From the NCBI GenBank assembly GCA_965207885.1, contig OZ242311.1, positions 3,360,001-3,424,000 on the forward strand: a DNA stretch of 64,000 nucleotides, read 5' to 3'. Positions 59,936 through 64,000 of this stretch are shown here, in pieces. Both the position numbers and the translations under genes were made by a program. Each line of letters starts with the position of its first letter. Positions within the stretch are counted from its first letter, which is position 1. The notes beneath the pieces were generated by a model, which saw nothing but the letters and a program-made list of their open reading frames with translations, was not told where the DNA came from and searched no databases. The DNA is from Candidatus Latescibacterota bacterium. Lineage in GTDB: Bacteria > Latescibacterota > UBA2968.

Positions 59936-61330
59936 CTATTCCGACATATCATACAACGCGACGATATAGGGATGGTTGGGATCGTACGTCGTGAGTGGCT
60001 TAGGATTTTCTACCCGACCACAGGGACGTTGGTTCGCACCGGTAACGCCAGTGATGTCGTCGCCCAAATCCTCGCGGGCCGATTCCGCCGCATCTTCGAG
60101 CTTCTGAACCACGTCAGGAAGTTCGTCGTACTTATTGTCTGCCTCCCCAATGTCGGCATCCAAATCGTACAACTCTTTGAGATGGAGATGCAGCTTATAG
60201 TCGCCACTCCGTATCGCATCAAGATTGCCCTCCTTGAAGTACAGAAATTCTTTGTATCCAGATGATGCGCCAGCTTCCTGCGTCATGAGCCCCAGCATCG
60301 TATGACCATCTCGAATGACGCCATCTTCAATATCGGCTCCAGTTATGTCAGCGAATGTCGGCAGAAAGTCCATCATGGTGCAGATCTCGTTACAGATGGT
60401 GCCTGCAGGAATTCGTGCAGGCCATTTCATAATGCAGTTCACCCGCTGACCGCCTTCCCATGTCGATCCCTTGAATCCACGCAAGGGTGTATTAACGCTC
60501 TTGCTCGCGCCACCATTATCGGATACAAAGATAATGAGTGTATCGTCCGTCAATCCGCACCGTTCAAGCTCGTATTCGAGCATCGCCAAACTCCAGTCAA
60601 TATGCGCGACTGCTGCACCGAGGACGCCGTTCTCAGATTGTTTTTCGAAGACTTCCGGTACGAACAATGGGTTGTGTACATAGGTATGCGCGAAATAGAG
60701 AAAAAACGGCCGACCAGCGTTTTCTCGGATGAACGTCACGGCCTCCTCGGTATATCGTTCCGTAATGGAGGTCTGATCGGGCTGTTCTTGTACCACCACG
60801 CTATCCCGCACGAGAGGCAGGGGAGCCTTGATATGTTGCGCCCAGGCTTTTTTAGGCCTCCGAGTTTGAAGCCCCATGTCGTTGCTATACGGTATCCCAA
60901 ACCAGGAATCGAGACCATAATGAGCAGGTAAAAACTCAGGCTGGTCTCCCACATGCCACTTTCCGATCATTTTTGTCGTGTACCCACCCCCCTTCAACAC
61001 CGACGCAATCGTCTTCTCCTGGGGGTTTAACCCCTCTGCCTGCCCAGGAAACAACACCCCACGTTTTTCGATGACCTCTCCTGAACCATCGTTTTTTCGA
61101 ACGTCGAAAGCATGCATGTTAAGCCTTCGAGGGTATGAGCCAGCCAGCATAGCAGCTCTGGAGGGGGTGCATACTGGAGCGGCAGCGTAGAAATCGGTGA
61201 ACCGCATGCCTTGTTCGGCCAACCGGTCGAGCGCCGGTGTCTTATTGAGCGTTGATCCATAACAGCCGATATCGGCGTATCCTAAATCATCGCAATTTAT
61301 CAGGATGATGCTCGGGTTCTTTTTTGACAT
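59936..61330 (-). CDS. Sulfatase (arylsulfatase A-like)
   Basis: CDDLGYAD, CTPSRAA, GKWH.G, PYSNDM, SDNG. Confidence 0.95.
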   Translation of the reverse strand: MSKKNPSIILINCDDLGYADIGCYGSTLNKTPALDRLAEQGMRFTDFYAAAPVCTPSRAAMLAGSYPRRLNMHAFDVRKNDGSGEVIEKRGVLFPGQAEGLNPQEKTIASVLKGGGYTTKMIGKWHVGDQPEFLPAHYGLDSWFGIPYSNDMGLQTRRPKKAWAQHIKAPLPLVRDSVVVQEQPDQTSITERYTEEAVTFIRENAGRPFFLYFAHTYVHNPLFVPEVFEKQSENGVLGAAVAHIDWSLAMLEYELERCGLTDDTLIIFVSDNGGASKSVNTPLRGFKGSTWEGGQRVNCIMKWPARIPAGTICNEICTMMDFLPTFADITGADIEDGVIRDGHTMLGLMTQEAGASSGYKEFLYFKEGNLDAIRSGDYKLHLHLKELYDLDADIGEADNKYDELPDVVQKLEDAAESAREDLGDDITGVTGANQRPCGRVENPKPLTTYDPNHPYIVALYDMSE

Positions 61331-61389
61331 GCTTCACTCCAAGTAGGTTGGCATGACAAGAAACAGGTATGTCAGAAACGACCATTCCA

Positions 61390-62682
61390 TCATTCCTTTA
61401 CACCTTTTTTCAAACTGTCTAAGTTTTCACGAAGTTCTTTCACAACTTCAGGATGATCGTCTGCGACGTTGTTCTTTTCGCCAATGTCGCGATCCAGATC
61501 GTATAACTCCAGACCATTTGTACCGAAATCCATCAGAAAGCGATGGTCTTGTTCCGGTTTGCGCCCAGGAAGCAACAGCTTCCACTTTCCCTTTCTAATA
61601 CCGACACCCATATTGGCATCGCCATCTCCCACCTGATCATAGATAAAGGTTTCTCGGCCTTCTTCAGTCTGCCCCGAAAGCAATGCGGTCTGATCAATGC
61701 CGTCAATCACGCGATCCATCGGTGATTTGACACCTGATAGTGTGGTAAAAGTCGGCAGCAAATCAATCGTGGCCCAGAGCGCATCCGAGGTGCGCCCAGC
61801 CGGGACTTTATCCGGCCAACGGACAATACAGGGCACACGAGATCCGGCTTCATAAGCTGATCCCTTACCGGCGCGCAACGGCCCGGGATCGCCCCAAAAG
61901 ATGGAACCCTCTGGATGACCTTTCTTGTTTTCATAGTACTTTGATTGGCACCACGGTCCGTTATCCGTAGTATAGATCACCAGTGTGTTGTCGCGCAGTC
62001 CCAGTGTGTCCAGCTTGTCGAGCAAACGTCCGGTCTCATGGTCTAACTCTTCAACCACATCCCCATATAGTCCACCAGCCGATTTTCCCTTAAACTCAGG
62101 AGATGCATCGATGATCGTGTGCAACATCGTATGCGCCAGATAGAGCGCAAACGGCTTGTTCGGATCTCGGAAATTCTCCAGAAAATCAATCGCTTTATCG
62201 GTGTACAGGCGAATTGTACAGCTCATGTCTTCTGTTTCGGCGACCGCTGTGTTATTCTCGTGAAACTTTATAAATCCGTTGTCGTTTGCGCCAAGAGTAC
62301 CGTAATAATAATCAAACCCCTGGGCATTCGGCATCCGCTCGATAATTTCCTTCCTGTTCGAAACATCCCACTTACCGACGCAGGCTGTCTGGTATCCTGC
62401 GGGTTTCATCAACTCGGCAAAGGTGATCTCACTGGCGGGCATCCCCCAGCCCTTGCTGCGGACCGGATAGCGACCAGTGAGCAATGCCGACCGCGATGGA
62501 CCGCACACCGGCTGGGCGTAAAAGCTGGTGAAGCGCGTGCCCTCCTTCGCCAGTTGATCCAGACGCGGTGTCTTGTTCTTTTTGTTTCCAAAACACCCGA
62601 GATCCGCATATCCTTGATCATCGGTAAAAATAATCAGAATATTCGGACGTTCTTTGAGATCATCATCTATCGACTTACTCAT
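61390..62682 (-). CDS. Sulfatase (arylsulfatase A-like)
   Basis: FTDDQGYAD, CGPSRSALLTG, GKWD, TDNGP. Confidence 0.93.
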   Translation of the reverse strand: MSKSIDDDLKERPNILIIFTDDQGYADLGCFGNKKNKTPRLDQLAKEGTRFTSFYAQPVCGPSRSALLTGRYPVRSKGWGMPASEITFAELMKPAGYQTACVGKWDVSNRKEIIERMPNAQGFDYYYGTLGANDNGFIKFHENNTAVAETEDMSCTIRLYTDKAIDFLENFRDPNKPFALYLAHTMLHTIIDASPEFKGKSAGGLYGDVVEELDHETGRLLDKLDTLGLRDNTLVIYTTDNGPWCQSKYYENKKGHPEGSIFWGDPGPLRAGKGSAYEAGSRVPCIVRWPDKVPAGRTSDALWATIDLLPTFTTLSGVKSPMDRVIDGIDQTALLSGQTEEGRETFIYDQVGDGDANMGVGIRKGKWKLLLPGRKPEQDHRFLMDFGTNGLELYDLDRDIGEKNNVADDHPEVVKELRENLDSLKKGVKE

Positions 62683-62833
62683 CTGATAAACCTTTCTTTT
62701 TGCATCTGTGGTTGTGCAAAATATGGGATTGCCCCTTTCTGCCGTGGTTTAAGGACCAGTGCAGATCCGTTGTATCGCTTGTGCATCGCATCACGTGATA
62801 CACTTGGAATCGCACATTGTGAGTGGCTGGGGA

Positions 62834-63697
62834 TTAATATCGCTGAATAGGATTCGCCTCCCCCTCAACCCGATGCTTATACAGCAACTTTACTTCCTCG
62901 GGAAACCTTTCATAAATCTCCCTCGGCACCATTGCCTGATTACGCCCCCCAAATTCCAGATTCATCCACCATGGCGAATACCGCGTCAGCATCGTCACTC
63001 GCGGTTCATCGCTCGGATTATTTCCCGCCGTATGCCAGATTCGACTGTCGATCATCACGACACTCCCTGCTTTTCCTTCCAGCTGAATCTCGCCCGGGAT
63101 CGATTGCTTGACCGGAACATCATCGTGCACTTCTGGCGGATTGCGCGGGTCCAAGTGACTCCGCGGATTCCGCAAATCCCGATGACTGCGAGGCACCACC
63201 CAGGTACCACCATTCTCTGGTGAAAAATCCGACAACATCCATAATGCCGTAATCCCTGCCACCACATTGGGAAACGGCATTATAAAAGCACCCGCCCGTT
63301 CTCGGTCTGTCAAATCGTGTGGAAAATCTGAATGCCACCCCCGGTGACCCATCTTTCGCTCACCGGGTTGCCGTGTCTTAAACTCCGTCTGTGCAATACG
63401 TATGTGATGCGGATCCAACAGTGCCTTTGCAATGCCCACCACGCGTTCATCGCCAAAATAAGCTGCAAGACCGGGAATAAACGAAACTGCATTTCTATGA
63501 GGTTTGCCCTCTGCGTCAGATTGAAACACAAGTGAGCCACCGATCTCTTCATAATACTTCAGCCCATTTTTATGACCCTCCTGCACATGATCACAAAGAG
63601 AATCGACCTGATCCTCAGGAATCACCCCTTCGACCAAACACCAGCCCTCTGCTTTCATTTGCTCAACATGAGATTCGATTATTTCAGATACAGACAT
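62834..63697 (-). CDS. PhyH family dioxygenase (type B)
   Basis: GGAGG RBS then ATG 63697; GWHSD, NGGTWVVP.SH, AGSV...DSR.WH. Confidence 0.9.
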   Translation of the reverse strand: MSVSEIIESHVEQMKAEGWCLVEGVIPEDQVDSLCDHVQEGHKNGLKYYEEIGGSLVFQSDAEGKPHRNAVSFIPGLAAYFGDERVVGIAKALLDPHHIRIAQTEFKTRQPGERKMGHRGWHSDFPHDLTDRERAGAFIMPFPNVVAGITALWMLSDFSPENGGTWVVPRSHRDLRNPRSHLDPRNPPEVHDDVPVKQSIPGEIQLEGKAGSVVMIDSRIWHTAGNNPSDEPRVTMLTRYSPWWMNLEFGGRNQAMVPREIYERFPEEVKLLYKHRVEGEANPIQRY

Positions 63698-63789
63698 AAC
63701 ATCCTCCGTAGTTTTGCAGCTTTCCAAAATCGTTTGTCTCTGTATCTTGTCCCCAAAGTTAAAAAAGAATTTTTGTGATAAATCGCACT

Positions 63790-64000
63790 TTATTTGCGAT
63801 TCGGTCCCGGATACGGACACGCCTCCCCATTGCGGATCATGAACCACCTGCCGGCATGATCTGCACCTTCCGACACTTCATCGGGAAACCCAATCATCAC
63901 ACCACCCCATCGCGTGCGGTCGCTCGTATTTGGTGGACTCATATGCCACATGTGAGAATGCCAGGCCACCCCATCGCCTGGTCCCAGCGGCACAGATTCA
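63790..64000 (-). CDS. PhyH family dioxygenase (type A), 3' part; start lies beyond the window
   Basis: 47/66 aa identical (hand count) to the C-terminus of 59060-59851. Confidence 0.88.
   Translation of the reverse strand, partial: ESVPLGPGDGVAWHSHMWHMSPPNTSDRTRWGGVMIGFPDEVSEGADHAGRWFMIRNGEACPYPGPNRK

Noticed and set aside
25951-64000. Integron cassette array
   Set aside because: No intI and no paired RYYYAAC/GTTRRRY attC structures in the spacers; GCTTAAC at the GH51 stop has no partner
1-64000. CRISPR array, rRNA, transposase or prophage genes
   Set aside because: No regularly spaced repeats or matching motifs seen

Overview
Bacterial chromosomal window with three parts. (1) 1-16 kb: catabolic genes (Cys-type sulfatases, Gfo/Idh/MocA oxidoreductases, a PhyH-type dioxygenase, an esterase, an S9 peptidase, an enolase-superfamily enzyme, a secreted BNR_4 protein). 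(2) 16-25.8 kb: core block, pfk-gap-pgk-tpiA-secG-tRNA-Leu(GAG), comF, an unusual HAD-YvcK fusion followed by a second HAD, a DUF62 SAM hydrolase and radC. (3) 26-64 kb: a compositionally patchy, mostly minus-strand array of sulfatases, PhyH dioxygenases, GH116, GH51, GH82, GH32, a GH43-like enzyme, a PSD1/DUF1501 pair and a multicopper oxidase-redoxin fusion. Window totals: 11 sulfatases (one with an in-frame TGA), 7 PhyH genes or fragments and 5 Gfo/Idh/MocA genes. I recognised no transporter, regulator, FGE or integrase. The best leads are the HAD-YvcK + HAD pair, and the short 3' remnants of lost genes (two PhyH tails, one tRNA 3' half) sitting directly behind intact stop codons, which suggests gene-by-gene turnover. 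The gene content resembles marine or sponge-associated Latescibacterota/Poribacteria-like bacteria (inference only). All family calls are by motif recognition; no searches were run.
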